From contig JAWLBS010000005.1 in assembly GCA_041687575.1 (NCBI GenBank), forward strand, positions 1 to 48,960: a stretch of 48,960 nt of DNA, written 5' to 3'. This document shows, piece after piece, positions 9,525 through 20,548 of the stretch (its first letter is position 1; each line of letters opens with the position of its first letter). The notes below the pieces were generated by a model that saw nothing but the letters and a program-made list of their open reading frames with translations, searched no databases and had not been told where the DNA came from. Made by a program: the position numbers and the translations under genes. The stretch is from Phycisphaerae bacterium. GTDB taxonomy: Bacteria; Planctomycetota; Phycisphaerae; UBA1845; JANYLN01.

Positions 9525-9638
9525 TCAGCCTTGCCGCTGCTTGTGCCGTGGATCCGTACAAATCACCCGCACCACGCGATGACGGCGTATGATCTTGCAG
9601 TTCTCACAGATGCGCTTGACGCTGCTTCTGACCTTCAC
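9525..9638 (-). CDS. rpmJ: 50S ribosomal protein L36 (zinc-ribbon form)
   Basis: Not in the ORF track; manual translation from GTG gives [37 protein letters not shown]. Confidence 0.96.
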   Translation of the reverse strand: MKVRSSVKRICENCKIIRRHRVVRVICTDPRHKQRQG

Positions 9639-9707
9639 GATCCAACCTCCAATACCTTCAGACCGACGCATCCCGCCGATCCTTCCTGTCGCAGCCCCAT
9701 CGATCGT

Positions 9708-9938
9708 CTACTTGCGGACCGTGACCCGTCCGCGAGACAGATCGTAGGGCGATATCTCGAGCGTGACCATGTCTCCGGGAAGAATCTTGATAAAATGCAT
9801 CCGCATCTTCCCCGACACATGCGCCAGCACCTCATGCTTGCGCCCACCCAGTTCCACTTCCACACGGAACATCGCGTTGGGCAGGGACTCTCGCACAATC
9901 CCGTCCACCACGATCGCATTGCTCGACGACTTCGCCAT
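9708..9938 (-). CDS. infA: Translation initiation factor IF-1
   Basis: [38 protein letters not shown]. Confidence 0.96.
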   Translation of the reverse strand: MAKSSSNAIVVDGIVRESLPNAMFRVEVELGGRKHEVLAHVSGKMRMHFIKILPGDMVTLEISPYDLSRGRVTVRK

Positions 9939-9957
9939 AGGACCCAACCTGTTCCGC

Positions 9958-10731
9958 TCAAAGAACCGACGTCAAAACATCACTTCCGCTATCGGTTACT
10001 GCTATTGTATGCTCAAAATGCGCCGCCCATGTGCGATCCCGAGTCACGATCGTCCAGCCGGATGCGTCGCCGTAGCACACGTCCGGCCGGCCCATGTTCA
10101 CCATCGGTTCGACCGCCAGAACCAGCCCCGGCACCAGGTCGAAACTCCGCGTCCCGCGGTCCACGAAATTCGGGACCTTCGGGTCCTCGTGCAGGCTCCG
10201 GCCAATACCGTGGCCGACGAACTCCCGCACGACGCTGAAGCCCGCCTGCTCTACGTGCCCCTGCACAAGGCGAGCAACATCCGTCCATTTCCGCCCGGGA
10301 CGCATCTCGCGAACCGCCACGTCCAGGGCCCCGCGCGTCACGTCTATCAGCCGCTGACCCTCCTGGCTCACCTTGCCGACAGGGATCGTCACCGCGGCAT
10401 CCCCGCAATACCCGTCCAGCCGCACCCCGCAGTCAACGCTGATGATGTCGCCCTCGGCGAGCACCCGAACGCCCGGTACCCCGTGGACGACCTCCTCATT
10501 GACGCTCGTGCACAAGGCCGCCGGGTACGGGAACTTCGCCTGCGTCGACCGCACACCCTTGAACAGCGGCTCAGCCCCGGCCGCAGCGATCATCTGCTCG
10601 GCCAAGGCATTCAAATCAGCCGTGGAAACCTTTGGCGCTACCGCCTGCCGCACCTGCTCCAGCACCTGGGCCACCAGTGAGCCGGCCCGCCGCATCGCCT
10701 CGATTTCCTGCTTGCTCTTTAGCTTGATCAT
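9958..10731 (-). CDS. map: Methionine aminopeptidase type I
   Basis: [16 protein letters not shown]...GD, GHGIG...HEDP, AVEPM, AHFEHT. Confidence 0.97.
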   Translation of the reverse strand: MIKLKSKQEIEAMRRAGSLVAQVLEQVRQAVAPKVSTADLNALAEQMIAAAGAEPLFKGVRSTQAKFPYPAALCTSVNEEVVHGVPGVRVLAEGDIISVDCGVRLDGYCGDAAVTIPVGKVSQEGQRLIDVTRGALDVAVREMRPGRKWTDVARLVQGHVEQAGFSVVREFVGHGIGRSLHEDPKVPNFVDRGTRSFDLVPGLVLAVEPMVNMGRPDVCYGDASGWTIVTRDRTWAAHFEHTIAVTDSGSDVLTSVL

Positions 10732-10754
10732 CTGGTCTCGGATACGCTATCGCT

Positions 10755-11393
10755 TCAAGCCAGGGCGGCCTCGACCTCCGCCTGCACCTGGTCCGGCGAC
10801 TGCGTCCCGTCAACATCCTTCACCAGGCCGTGCCTGCTGTAGTAATCCACAAGAGGCTGAGTCTGTTGATGATACGTCTGAAGCCGCCTTTGCACAACCT
10901 CCGGCGTATCGTCAGGCCGCTGCACCAGGTCGCTGCCATCCTTGTCGCACTTGCCAGCCGTCTTCGGCGGCGCGAACTCCAGGTGGTACACCGCCCCGCA
11001 CGTCGGACAGCTTCGCCGGCCGGTCATCCGCCGCTCGACCTCGCCGTCCGGCACGTCGATGTTGACCACGGCGTCGATCTTCAGCCCATGCCGGTTGAGC
11101 CCCTCATCCAGGGCCTCGGCCTGCGGCAACGTCCGCGGAAAACCATCCAGGATGATCGACTTGCCATCGGAGGCCGTCATCCGGTTCAGCATCATCTTGA
11201 TGATCAGGTCGTCCGGGACCAGCTCGCCGCGCTCCATGTAGCCGGCCGCTTCCTTGCCCAGCTCCGACCCCGCGGCCTTCTCGGCCCGCAGGATGTCGCC
11301 GCTGGACAGGTGCAGGGCTTTCATCTTCTCTGCCAGTCGCTTGGCCTGCGTACCCTTGCCGGCCCCCGGCGGTCCCAGAAGCACTGCGATCAT
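10755..11393 (-). CDS. adk: Adenylate kinase
   Basis: GPPGAGKGTQA, DGFPRT, zinc lid CPTC...C; start overlaps the secY stop (TGATG). Confidence 0.97.
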   Translation of the reverse strand: MIAVLLGPPGAGKGTQAKRLAEKMKALHLSSGDILRAEKAAGSELGKEAAGYMERGELVPDDLIIKMMLNRMTASDGKSIILDGFPRTLPQAEALDEGLNRHGLKIDAVVNIDVPDGEVERRMTGRRSCPTCGAVYHLEFAPPKTAGKCDKDGSDLVQRPDDTPEVVQRRLQTYHQQTQPLVDYYSRHGLVKDVDGTQSPDQVQAEVEAALA

Positions 11394-12769
11394 CAGCGAC
11401 CTCCCTTGATGCGGCCCTGCTCACCCAAGAATCCACCGTAGTTCCGCATCACCAGGTGCGCCTCGATCCGGTTGACCACATCCAGGCCCACGCTCACGAC
11501 GATCAGCAGACCCGTGCCGCCCAGGAAGGCCGCCACGGAGTACGGTACCTTCAGCAGGTTGAAAATCACCTCGGGCACCACCGCGATCGTCGCCAGGAAC
11601 GCCGCGCCCACGTACGTGACCCGGACCATCACCGTCTCAAGATAGTCCGCCGTCCGCTTGCCGGCACGAAGACCAGGGATGAACGAACCCATGTCGCGAA
11701 GGTTGTTGGCGACCTCTTTCGGCTGGAACGTCACCGTCGTCCAGAAGTAACTGAAGAAGTACACCAGCGCGATATACGCCACGATGTACGGGAACGCCGC
11801 GAACTGGAACGCGTCGGCCAGGAAGACCCACAGCCCCGCCGGCCACCACTGCGACTCGGCGAGTGAGCCGAACACGATCATCGGGAACATCAGCAGCGAG
11901 CTGGCAAAGATGATCGGCATGACGCCGCCGTGGTTGATCCGCAGCGGCAGGTACTGACGCTGCCCGCCGTAGACCCGCCGGCCGCGCATCATCTTGGACT
12001 GCTGCACGGGGATCCGCCGCTGGGCCTGCGTAATGAAGATCGCCCCGGCCACCACGGCCACGAAGGCAACGATCAGGAAAGCGATCTTGCCCGGGCCGAT
12101 CTCGCCCTCGCCCGCCCCGACGCTCAGGGTCGCCTGCCGCGCGACCTGGATCACGGCGCCGGGCATCTGGGCGAGAATGCCCGCCATGATGATCAGACTC
12201 ACGCCATTGCCGATGCCGTACTCGTCGATCTGCTCGCCCAGCCACATCAGGAAGACTGTGCCGGCCGTCAGGCCCAACAGGCCCATCAGATAGAAGGCCA
12301 TGCTGTTCTGGAAGTCGCCGTAGACCATCCCCTGGCCGCGGATCAGGTTCAGCCAGAGCGTCGCCTGGATGAAGCACAGTCCCACGGTCGCGTAACGGGT
12401 GTACTCGCGAATCTTACGCCGGCCCGTCTCACCCTCGCGATGCAGCCGCTCGAGGCTCGGCACCACCGTCACCAGCAGCTCAAAGATAATGGCCGCCGAG
12501 ATATACGGCATGATGCCCAGGCCGAACACGGTGCTCTGCTGGAGACTGCCGCCGGTAAACAGGGCGAAGTAGTCCGCCAGCTGCTTGAGGGCCTGGCCGG
12601 TGCCACCGCCCTGCGCCATATCGGCGAACTTCTCGGCCAGCGCCTCCTGGTTCACGCCGGGCAGCGCGATGTGGAAGCCGATCCGGTAAATCACAAGCAT
12701 CCCGAGCGTGAAGAGCAGTTTGCCCTTGAGCTCCGGAATCCGCCACATGTTGAGGAAGGTACGCAGCAT
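11393..12769 (-). CDS. secY: Preprotein translocase SecY
   Basis: LGIMPYISAAII, WLGEQIDEYGIGNGVSLII, GVMPIIFA, GGTGLLIVV. Confidence 0.97.
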   Translation of the reverse strand: MLRTFLNMWRIPELKGKLLFTLGMLVIYRIGFHIALPGVNQEALAEKFADMAQGGGTGQALKQLADYFALFTGGSLQQSTVFGLGIMPYISAAIIFELLVTVVPSLERLHREGETGRRKIREYTRYATVGLCFIQATLWLNLIRGQGMVYGDFQNSMAFYLMGLLGLTAGTVFLMWLGEQIDEYGIGNGVSLIIMAGILAQMPGAVIQVARQATLSVGAGEGEIGPGKIAFLIVAFVAVVAGAIFITQAQRRIPVQQSKMMRGRRVYGGQRQYLPLRINHGGVMPIIFASSLLMFPMIVFGSLAESQWWPAGLWVFLADAFQFAAFPYIVAYIALVYFFSYFWTTVTFQPKEVANNLRDMGSFIPGLRAGKRTADYLETVMVRVTYVGAAFLATIAVVPEVIFNLLKVPYSVAAFLGGTGLLIVVSVGLDVVNRIEAHLVMRNYGGFLGEQGRIKGGR

Positions 12770-12830
12770 AAATATATCCCGCTGCACGACCCCGACCGTA
12801 TTGCCAACCGGCCGGAACCTTGCCTACCAG

Positions 12831-13277
12831 TTACACAACCTTGACTTCGCCGCCGGCGGCCTTGATCTTCTCTTCCGCCTGCCGACTCACTTTATCCACC
12901 TGCACAGTCAGCTTCCTGCTGATTTCGCCGTCGCCGAGGACCTTGACCGGCCCCTTCTGATCGCGAATGAGCCCGGCTTCCACCAGGGACGCCGCATCGA
13001 TGGTCGCGCCGTCTTCGAACATCCCCTGCAGATCGCCGACGTTTACGATACGGTAAACCGTACGGAAACGGAAGTTGCTGAAGCCGCGTTTCGGCAGCCG
13101 CTTGAACAGCGGCGTCTGACCGCCTTCTTTCAGCTTCAGGAACTTGGTGCCAGAGCGAGCGCCTTCGCCCTTGTGCCCCCGCGTGCAGGTCTTGCCGTGT
13201 CCGCTCGACTCGCCTCGACCGACCCGCTTGCGCCGCTTGCGGGCTCCCGCCCTGCTGGTAATGTCCTTGATATTCAT
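12831..13277 (-). CDS. rplO: 50S ribosomal protein L15
   Basis: RVGRGESSGHGKT, EGGQTPL..RLPKRGF. Confidence 0.97.
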   Translation of the reverse strand: MNIKDITSRAGARKRRKRVGRGESSGHGKTCTRGHKGEGARSGTKFLKLKEGGQTPLFKRLPKRGFSNFRFRTVYRIVNVGDLQGMFEDGATIDAASLVEAGLIRDQKGPVKVLGDGEISRKLTVQVDKVSRQAEEKIKAAGGEVKVV

Positions 13278-13324
13278 CGCCGCTATCTACTCCCGCACGG
13301 TATTGCGAGCAATTCTCGCGTCCG

Positions 13325-13840
13325 CTATTTGGCTGATCCCGCCGTCGTCCCCAGCGACACGCCCCGCAACTGCTCAACCTGTTCGCGAGACCGCAGTTGC
13401 GCCAGCCCGTCGAAGGCGGCCTTTACGAGGTTCTTGGGGTTCGTCGAACCCGTCACCTTTGTCAGTACGTCACGAACGCCGGCAAGTTCCAGCACCGCGC
13501 GAACCGGGGCACAGGCGATCACGCCGGTACCGGGGCTTGCGGGGATCATCTTCACCCGGCTGGCGCCGAATCGGCCATGCGACTCGTGCGGAAGCGTCGT
13601 CCCGGCCAGCACGACCGACACGACTTCCCGGCGTGCCTCTTTCATCGCCTTTTCAACCGCCGTGGGCACCTCGTTGGCCTTGCCGTAGCCCATGCCGACG
13701 TGGCCCTCGCGGTCGCCGACCGCCACCAGTGCACCGAAGCTGAATCGCCGGCCGCCTCGCACCACCTTGGAGCAACGATAGATCTTCACTACCGTCTCTT
13801 CCAGGGGCAGCTCGTTGACGTTTACGTGCTGGATCGCCAT
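13325..13840 (-). CDS. rpsE: 30S ribosomal protein S5
   Basis: KVVRGGRRFSFGALV, GKANEVP, PASPGTGVIA. Confidence 0.97.
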   Translation of the reverse strand: MAIQHVNVNELPLEETVVKIYRCSKVVRGGRRFSFGALVAVGDREGHVGMGYGKANEVPTAVEKAMKEARREVVSVVLAGTTLPHESHGRFGASRVKMIPASPGTGVIACAPVRAVLELAGVRDVLTKVTGSTNPKNLVKAAFDGLAQLRSREQVEQLRGVSLGTTAGSAK

Positions 13841-13865
13841 ATGCGTTTCCTTACCGCCTTGGTTT

Positions 13866-14237
13866 CTAGAACTTCAATCCGGCCTTGCGAGCGGCCTCGG
13901 CCAGGGCCTTGACCCGACCATGAAACTTGTAGCCGTTCCGGTCGAAGACCATGGCGGAGATTCCCTTTTCCATCGCCAGTTTGGCCAGGGTCTCCCCCAC
14001 CTTCGCCGCCGCCGCGCGGTTTCCGCCATTGCCGGCGACCTGCTCAACCACCGGCTGGGCCTTGGTGCTGGCTGAAAGCAGCGTGTGCCCCTTCGTGTCG
14101 TCGATCACCTGGGCATAGATATGCTTGAGTGTGCGAGACACGGTCAGGCGAGGCTTTTCGGCGGTGCCGAAGACCCGCTTGCGAATCCGCGCCTTTCGAC
14201 GCAACTGCCGCTTATGTTTGACCTTCAGATTGTTCAT
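13866..14237 (-). CDS. rplR: 50S ribosomal protein L18
   Basis: [28 protein letters not shown]. Confidence 0.97.
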   Translation of the reverse strand: MNNLKVKHKRQLRRKARIRKRVFGTAEKPRLTVSRTLKHIYAQVIDDTKGHTLLSASTKAQPVVEQVAGNGGNRAAAAKVGETLAKLAMEKGISAMVFDRNGYKFHGRVKALAEAARKAGLKF

Positions 14238-14251
14238 CTAAGTCCGATTCC

Positions 14252-14839
14252 TTAGCTACCCGTACCGACAGCCGCCTTGCCCTGCTTGCGGCGAATGTGT
14301 TCACCCTCGTACCGGACACCCTTGGCCAGATACGGGTCCGGCGGACGCAACGCCCGGATTTCCGCGGCGAAGCGCGATACCAGTTCCTTATCGATGCCCG
14401 AGACGCTGAACCGCCCCGGATTGGTCGGCTGATCCACCTTGATCTCGACGCCGGCAGGGATCTCGATCACGAACTCCGCCGGCTGCCCGTTGGCCTTGCG
14501 ACCGGTGTAGCCCACGTCGAGCATGATGTTCTTGCCCTGCACGCGGACCTGGTAGCCCACGCCATGCACCTCGAGGCGCTTCTGGTAGCCCTCGACCACG
14601 CCCGTGATCATGTTACTGATCAACGTGCGGGTCAGGCCATGCAACGCCCGGTCCTGCCGCTCGTCGGTCTGACGCGCCACGACCACCTGCTTGGCGTCGG
14701 CGTCGAAGGTCACCTGCAGCCGCGGGGAAAACCCCCACTCCAGCTTGCCCTTTGGCCCTTCCACGTGGATCCGGCTGCCCTTGAGGTCCACCTTCACCTG
14801 CGGCGGGACCGGAATCGGTTTCCTGCCTATGCGAGACAT
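14252..14839 (-). CDS. rplF: 50S ribosomal protein L6
   Basis: MSRIGRKPI, GPKGKL, HGLTR, RPPDPY..KGVRY. Confidence 0.97.
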   Translation of the reverse strand: MSRIGRKPIPVPPQVKVDLKGSRIHVEGPKGKLEWGFSPRLQVTFDADAKQVVVARQTDERQDRALHGLTRTLISNMITGVVEGYQKRLEVHGVGYQVRVQGKNIMLDVGYTGRKANGQPAEFVIEIPAGVEIKVDQPTNPGRFSVSGIDKELVSRFAAEIRALRPPDPYLAKGVRYEGEHIRRKQGKAAVGTGS

Positions 14840-14863
14840 ATCTGCTCCGTCCTGCTCAATTCG

Positions 14864-15259
14864 TCAATATACCGTACAGAGGAGCTCGCCGCCGACGTTG
14901 CTCTCGCGGCACTTGCGATCGCTCATCACCCCGCGGCTCGTAGAGACGATCGCCACGCCCAGGCCGTTTAAGACCTGAGGCATGTCCTTGACCGCCGTAT
15001 ACACCCGCCGTCCGGGCTTGCTCTCGCGGCGCAACGTGCTGATCGTCGGCTCGCCGGTCGATGTGTACCGAAGCGTGACCCGCAGGATCCCCTGCTTGCC
15101 ATCTTCGATCACATCGAAGTCCTCGATGTAGCCTTCTTCCCTCAGGACGGCCGCCAGGCCGATCTTGACACCCGAAGAGGGGATCTTCACCTGGCGCTTC
15201 TTCGCCCTCAGGCCGTTTCTGATTCGCGTTAACATGTCCGCGATTGGATCACTCCACAT
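14864..15259 (-). CDS. rpsH: 30S ribosomal protein S8
   Basis: DPIADMLTRIRN, SKPGRRVY, STSRGVM. Confidence 0.97.
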   Translation of the reverse strand: MWSDPIADMLTRIRNGLRAKKRQVKIPSSGVKIGLAAVLREEGYIEDFDVIEDGKQGILRVTLRYTSTGEPTISTLRRESKPGRRVYTAVKDMPQVLNGLGVAIVSTSRGVMSDRKCRESNVGGELLCTVY

Positions 15260-15304
15260 CGCCTGCTCCGAATATCACATGTGTCGTATTAGTCACGTTA
15301 TACC

Positions 15305-15490
15305 CTACCAGCTCGCCTTGCGAACGCCCGGGATCTTTCCTTGGTTCGCAAGGGACCGGAAGCAGATACGGCAAATCCGGAATTTCCGGTACACCGCCCG
15401 CCGTCGGCCGCACAACTGACACCGCGTGTACGCCCGCACCTTGAACTTCTCGGGCCTGCTACACTTGGCTATCCAAGCCTTCGTCGCCAT
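15305..15490 (-). CDS. rpsN: 30S ribosomal protein S14 type Z (zinc-binding)
   Basis: 61 aa from ATG 15490; RCQLCGR...CRICFR...IPGVRKASW. Confidence 0.96.
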   Translation of the reverse strand: MATKAWIAKCSRPEKFKVRAYTRCQLCGRRRAVYRKFRICRICFRSLANQGKIPGVRKASW

Positions 15491-15539
15491 ATTCGCCCAT
15501 CCATTTTCTATCCGGCCACCCCGGCAGCACCTTTGCGCC

Positions 15540-16316
15540 TTACGACCGGAACGGCATACCCATCCGACGCAGAAGCTCGAAAGCCTCCGTGTCATTCTTC
15601 CCCGTCGTGCAGATCGTCACGTTCATTCCCTGCTGATAGGCGATCTGGCTGGCGTCGATCTCCGGAAAGACGCTCTGCTCGGTCACGCCCATGTTGTAGT
15701 TCCCGCGCCCATCGAAGCCCTTGGGGTCCAGCCCGCGGAAGTCGCGAATCCGCGGCGCCGCCAGGTTGATCAGCCGATCCAGGAATTCCCACATCCGGGC
15801 CCCGCGAAGAGTTACCTTCAGCCCGGTCGGCCAGCCGCTGCGGACCTTGAACTGGGCCACGCTCTTGCGGGCCCGGGTAATCGCCGGCCTCTGGCCGACA
15901 ACCGCCGTGAGCTGACTGATCGCGTCCTGGAAGCGCTTCGTCTCGGCCGACTTGGCGCCGCCTTCCTGGATGGCCTTGCCCAGCCCCATGCTCACCACGA
16001 CCTTCTCGACCCGCGGCACGGCCATCGGGTTGCTCTTGCTCAGGTCCTGCCGCAGGGCCGGTCCGATCTCCTGCTCGTAGCGGACCAGCAGACGCGGTCG
16101 GGGCGCGGGCACCTTTTCCTTCTTGGGCTTCTCGCCCTTGGCCTCGCCCTTGTCCTTTTTGGCGCCCTTATCCTGCCTGGCACCCTTGTCGCCACCCTTG
16201 CCCTTGGCCGGCCTGGCCTCGGCCTTGGGGGCTTCGGGGGCCTTTTCCTCGGCGCCCGCGGCGGGCTGCTCCTGCGGCTGGTCGGCCTGGTTTTCCATCG
16301 ATTCTTGATTCGCCAT
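15540..16316 (-). CDS. rplE: 50S ribosomal protein L5 with N-terminal extension
   Basis: [37 protein letters not shown]; start uncertain (ATG 16316 has GGAGAG upstream). Confidence 0.95.
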   Translation of the reverse strand: MANQESMENQADQPQEQPAAGAEEKAPEAPKAEARPAKGKGGDKGARQDKGAKKDKGEAKGEKPKKEKVPAPRPRLLVRYEQEIGPALRQDLSKSNPMAVPRVEKVVVSMGLGKAIQEGGAKSAETKRFQDAISQLTAVVGQRPAITRARKSVAQFKVRSGWPTGLKVTLRGARMWEFLDRLINLAAPRIRDFRGLDPKGFDGRGNYNMGVTEQSVFPEIDASQIAYQQGMNVTICTTGKNDTEAFELLRRMGMPFRS

Positions 16317-16378
16317 CGGTCCCATCTCTCCGCCGGGCGGTACCAACCGGCCGGCATGGCTGCGATCCACGATTCCTG

Positions 16379-16717
16379 CTACAGCTGCTCGTTGAGCACG
16401 GTCCCTTTGACCGTCACGCGTTTCTTTCCGGTCACCTTGCCGGCCTGGTCGCGCTCGGTCTGGAAGCGGACCCGGCAGCCCCGTCCGGTCTTGGGGTCGA
16501 CCGGCAGGACATTGGACATCCGCACCGGCGCCTCCTTCTGGATCCGCCCGCCCTGCGGGTAGCGCTGACTCGGCCGCATGTGGCGGTAGACCATGTTGAT
16601 GCCCTCGATGAGCACCAGCCCCTTCTCGGGCATCACGCGGAGCACCTTGCCCTGCTCGCCCTTATGGTCGCCGGCAATCACCTCGACCGTATCGCCTTTT
16701 CTGACGTGATACGCCAT
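16379..16717 (-). CDS. rplX: 50S ribosomal protein L24
   Basis: [14 protein letters not shown] (KOW), GGRIQKEAP. Confidence 0.96.
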   Translation of the reverse strand: MAYHVRKGDTVEVIAGDHKGEQGKVLRVMPEKGLVLIEGINMVYRHMRPSQRYPQGGRIQKEAPVRMSNVLPVDPKTGRGCRVRFQTERDQAGKVTGKKRVTVKGTVLNEQL

Positions 16718-16738
16718 GACGTTCCTGGACCCCGCTTT

Positions 16739-17140
16739 CTATACGACCTCGCTGGCCAGCGAGACGATCTTCATGAAGTTCTTTTCCCGCAACTCCCGAG
16801 CGACCGCGCCGAAGATGCGCGTCCCGCGGGGATTGTTCTCCTCGTCGATGAGCACGGCCGCATTGCTATCGAACCGCACGTAGCTGCCGTCCGCCCGCCG
16901 CACCGGGTACTTGACCCGCACGATCACCGCCTTGACGACCCGGGCTTTCTTGTTGCCCGGCTTCATGAACTCGCTGTTGGGCAGCGCCTTTTTCACCGTG
17001 CAGACCACCACGTCGCCGACGCCGGCGGTCACACGCTTGTACTTGCCCCGCCGGGTGCTCCGGCCAGGCATGTTGATCACCTCAGCCAGTTTGGCCCCGG
17101 TGTTATCCGCAATGTCGATGACCGACTTCATCTGTACCAT
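16739..17140 (-). CDS. rplN: 50S ribosomal protein L14
   Basis: [30 protein letters not shown]. Confidence 0.97.
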   Translation of the reverse strand: MVQMKSVIDIADNTGAKLAEVINMPGRSTRRGKYKRVTAGVGDVVVCTVKKALPNSEFMKPGNKKARVVKAVIVRVKYPVRRADGSYVRFDSNAAVLIDEENNPRGTRIFGAVARELREKNFMKIVSLASEVV

Positions 17141-17144
17141 GGCA

Positions 17145-17465
17145 CTACCCCTTGGCGCCCGTGGGCGCCGCCTCGCTGACGAGTCCCTTGGTCACGACCT
17201 TGATCAGCCGCCAATGCTTGGTCTTGCTCATCGGCCGGCACTCCATGATCTCAACCATGTCGCCGGTCATGGCCTCGTTGCGCTCGTCGTGCGCGTGGCA
17301 GACGGTGCGATGCCGGACATATTTTCCATAGAGCGGGTGCTGGGTCATTGTCCCGACCACCACCTTGATGCTCTTGTCGCGACCGTGGCTGACAACCCGT
17401 CCGGTCACGGTTCGCGGACTGCCGCGCCTCGGCGTCTTTTCTGGTCTCTTGCTCGCTTCGCTCAC
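17145..17465 (-). CDS. rpsQ: 30S ribosomal protein S17
   Basis: [30 protein letters not shown]. Confidence 0.96.
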   Translation of the reverse strand: MSEASKRPEKTPRRGSPRTVTGRVVSHGRDKSIKVVVGTMTQHPLYGKYVRHRTVCHAHDERNEAMTGDMVEIMECRPMSKTKHWRLIKVVTKGLVSEAAPTGAKG

Positions 17466-17496
17466 GTCAGGACCCCTTGAAGGCTACCGCCCGCGT

Positions 17497-17733
17497 CTAG
17501 CGGCTGGTCGCCCGCTCCAACTTCAGTTCCTTGATCTCGATGTCGGTCTCGCCCCGTTCACGCAGGACCGTCAAGAGCCGCGCAACGTCCTTGCGCGCCT
17601 TGCCGAGCTGCGACGGGTCCTCAAGCTTCTCCGTCACAGCCTGGCTCCTCAGGTCGAACCGGTGCCGGCGCAGCCGCACCAACTCGTGGTACAGCTCGTC
17701 CATGCTCATCTGCCGAATCTCTGCGATCTTCAT
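17497..17733 (-). CDS. rpmC: 50S ribosomal protein L29
   Basis: MKIAEIRQMS, FDLRSQ, RKDVARLLTVLRE; start at ATG 17733. Confidence 0.95.
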   Translation of the reverse strand: MKIAEIRQMSMDELYHELVRLRRHRFDLRSQAVTEKLEDPSQLGKARKDVARLLTVLRERGETDIEIKELKLERATSR

Positions 17734-17747
17734 CGTTTTCCGCCTAT

Positions 17748-18170
17748 CTACACCAGCCCGTGCCTGCGATGAACCAGCCTGCACTTGACGGGCATCTTGT
17801 GCGCCACCCGCGACAGCGCTTCCCGCGCCAGCTCCTCAGGCACGCCGCCGATTTCGTACAGGATCGTCCCGGGCTTGACCACGGCAACCCACGTCTCCGG
17901 CTCGCCCTTGCCCTTGCCCATACGCGTCTCCAGCGGCTTGGACGAGACCGACTTGTGCGGGAAGATCCGCACGTAGACTCGACCTTCGCGACCGAGATGG
18001 TGTGTCGCGGCGACACGGCCCGCCTCGATCTGCTGGGCGTTGATCCGGTACGGATCGAGCGACTGCAGACCCAGCTCGCCGAAGGCGATCGTGTTGCCAC
18101 GGGTCGCGTTGCCGCGGATCCGGCCCTTCTGGAATTTCCGAAACTTCACGCGTTTTGGCATCAAAGCCAT
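17748..18170 (-). CDS. rplP: 50S ribosomal protein L16
   Basis: PKRVKFRK, QIEAGR, RMGKGKG. Confidence 0.97.
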   Translation of the reverse strand: MALMPKRVKFRKFQKGRIRGNATRGNTIAFGELGLQSLDPYRINAQQIEAGRVAATHHLGREGRVYVRIFPHKSVSSKPLETRMGKGKGEPETWVAVVKPGTILYEIGGVPEELAREALSRVAHKMPVKCRLVHRRHGLV

Positions 18171-18226
18171 GTCAAACGCTCCTTACCGTCAACGGCCTGC
18201 GAGAACACTCGCCCCGCGGCCGATTC

Positions 18227-18928
18227 TCAACCTCGACGCCCACGCCGCTGGGGACGCTGCGGCGCCTGTCCCTCGACGGCCTCGGTCTCACCATACCGGC
18301 CCAGGTGCACCCACGCTCTCACGCCGATCGCCCCGTGGGTCGTCCGGGCAATCGCGTACCCGTAATCCACCTTCGCCTGCAGCGTCTGCAGCGGGATCGA
18401 CCCCATCTGCTGAGTCTCGGTACGACTCATGTCCGCCCCGCCGAGCCGGCCCGAGCAGATGATCTTGACGCCCTTGGCCCCCGACTGCAGGGCCTGCTCG
18501 CACCGCTGCTTCATCACCCGCCGGAAACTCGCCCGCCGACGAAGCTGCTCCGAGACGCCCTCGGCCAGCAACTGCGCATCGACGTCGGGGTTGCGGATCT
18601 CGCGAACCTGCACGTCCACGCGGCGCTGGATCAACCCCTCGAGCATGCCCCGGAGCTTGTCGATCTCGGCCCCGCGCGGCCCGATCACGATGCCCGGCCG
18701 GGCGGTGTGGATGATCACGCGGACCTCGTCCCGCGTCCGCTCGATCTCGACCCGGCTGATGCCGGCGAACGGCGGCTGGCGGTTGAGCTTGTTATCCACG
18801 TATTTGCGGATCTTCTCGTCCTCGACCAGGAACTCGCCGAACGCACCCTTGCTAGGGGCGAACCAGCGACTCTCCCAGTCCTCGGTGATCCCGACTCGAA
18901 AACCTTTTGGATGTACCTTCTGGCCCAC
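18227..18928 (-). CDS. rpsC: 30S ribosomal protein S3
   Basis: MGQKVHP, RPGIVIG, SGRLGGA, IPLQTL. Confidence 0.97.
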   Translation of the reverse strand: MGQKVHPKGFRVGITEDWESRWFAPSKGAFGEFLVEDEKIRKYVDNKLNRQPPFAGISRVEIERTRDEVRVIIHTARPGIVIGPRGAEIDKLRGMLEGLIQRRVDVQVREIRNPDVDAQLLAEGVSEQLRRRASFRRVMKQRCEQALQSGAKGVKIICSGRLGGADMSRTETQQMGSIPLQTLQAKVDYGYAIARTTHGAIGVRAWVHLGRYGETEAVEGQAPQRPQRRGRRG

Positions 18929-18959
18929 GGACCGCCTCCGCTATGCTTGCATCGCTGGG

Positions 18960-19295
18960 CTATGCGCCCGCTTCTTCCACCGTCACGATAATATGGCTCA
19001 TCCGCTTCATGATCGGGTGCGCCCGACCGCGGTCCTTCGGCTGGAACCGCTTCATCGTCGGCCCCTCGTCGACCCGGCACTCCTTGACGTACAGGCGCGA
19101 AACGTCCGCCTCCTGCTCGTCCGCGTTGGCTGTCGCCGAACGCAGCACCTGGTGAACGAACACCGCCGCACGCTTCCGCGTGAACCGCAGCGTGTTCATC
19201 GCTTCCTGCACCCGCTTGCCCCGGATCAGGTCAACGACCAGCCGCGCCTTCTGCGGGCTGATCCGGGCGTATCTGTGTGAGGCCGTCCAAGCCAT
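18960..19295 (-). CDS. rplV: 50S ribosomal protein L22
   Basis: RISPQKARLVVDLIRG, VDEGPTMKR, RGRA. Confidence 0.97.
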   Translation of the reverse strand: MAWTASHRYARISPQKARLVVDLIRGKRVQEAMNTLRFTRKRAAVFVHQVLRSATANADEQEADVSRLYVKECRVDEGPTMKRFQPKDRGRAHPIMKRMSHIIVTVEEAGA

Positions 19296-19357
19296 TGCAC
19301 GTACTCCAGCCTTGCCGATCGACCAGCCGCCCTGCGCGGGCCGCCGATCCTGTCTTC

Positions 19358-19624
19358 TTACTTGCCCCGGCCGCTATGCCCGCGGAACGTCCGCGTGGGC
19401 GAAAACTCGCCGAGCTTGTGGCCCACCATTTCCTCGGTCACGAAGACCTTCACGAAGACCCGCCCGTTGTGCACCTCGAACGTCTGGCCCACAAACTCGG
19501 GCACGATTGTGCACCGCCGGGCCCACGTGCGGATGGGGCTGCTGTCACCGGTGTCGCGGGCCTTCATGACCTTGCCGAACACCTTCTCATCTACGAAAGG
19601 ACCTTTTTTCAGGCTTCTGGGCAT
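19358..19624 (-). CDS. rpsS: 30S ribosomal protein S19
   Basis: [25 protein letters not shown]; start ATG 19624 within ORF 19358..20128. Confidence 0.97.
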   Translation of the reverse strand: MPRSLKKGPFVDEKVFGKVMKARDTGDSSPIRTWARRCTIVPEFVGQTFEVHNGRVFVKVFVTEEMVGHKLGEFSPTRTFRGHSGRGK

Positions 19625-19659
19625 CGATCCGCTCCAAACCCGCTTTCCGTCAATTCCTT

Positions 19660-20511
19660 CTACAGCACCAGCTGGCCGTACCGCCGACTCCGGCGCCGCC
19701 GGATGATCCACTTGCTGGACGGCTTGCGGCGATTCCGCGTCTTGCCGCCCTTGGCGGGCACGCCCGTCGGGCTCTGCGGGTGCTTGTTCGATTTCGTCCG
19801 CTTCTCGCCACCGCCCATCGGGTGGTCGACCGGGTTGGTCACCATCGCGCGGATGTGCGGCTTGCGCCCGCGGTGACGCGTCTTGCCGGCCTTGCCGAGC
19901 GAGACGTTCTGGTGGTCGAGGTTGCCGAGCTGCCCGATGGTCGCCCGACAATCGGACCGCACGCGACGCATCTCGCCGCTGGGCAACTGGATCACCGCCC
20001 AGTCCCCTTCGCGAGCCATCAGCCGGGCCGTGCCGCCGGCGGCACGCACGAGCCGACCGCCCTGGCCCGGATTCATCTCGATATTGTGGATGTTCAAGCC
20101 CACCGGAATGTTCCGCATGGGCATGCAATTGCCGACCGCCGGCTCGACCGACTGTCCGCTTTCGACGATTGCACCGATCTTGATCCCCTGCGGGGCGAGC
20201 ATGTAGCGCTTCTCGCCGTCGACGTATTGGACCAGGGCGATGAAGCAGGAACGGTTGGGGTCGTACTCGACCGCCATCACCTCGCCCTTGACGTCGTCCT
20301 TGCGGCGTTTGAAGTCGATCACCCGGTACATCCGCTTGTTGCCGCCGCCACGGAACCGCGTGGTTACGCGGCCCTTGTTGTTGCGGCCGCCCCGCTTGCG
20401 CAGCGGCTCGAGCAGACTCTTCTCGGGCTTGCTCTTTGTGACCTCGGCGTAGTCCAGAACGCTGCCGAAGCGTCGTCCCGGGGTCGTCGGTTTATAGTTC
20501 TTAATGCCCAT
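19660..20511 (-). CDS. rplB: 50S ribosomal protein L2
   Basis: [24 protein letters not shown]. Confidence 0.97.
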   Translation of the reverse strand: MGIKNYKPTTPGRRFGSVLDYAEVTKSKPEKSLLEPLRKRGGRNNKGRVTTRFRGGGNKRMYRVIDFKRRKDDVKGEVMAVEYDPNRSCFIALVQYVDGEKRYMLAPQGIKIGAIVESGQSVEPAVGNCMPMRNIPVGLNIHNIEMNPGQGGRLVRAAGGTARLMAREGDWAVIQLPSGEMRRVRSDCRATIGQLGNLDHQNVSLGKAGKTRHRGRKPHIRAMVTNPVDHPMGGGEKRTKSNKHPQSPTGVPAKGGKTRNRRKPSSKWIIRRRRSRRYGQLVL

Positions 20512-20548
20512 CGCTTGCTTTTCCGCTTACTTTCGTGCCAGTACGAAT

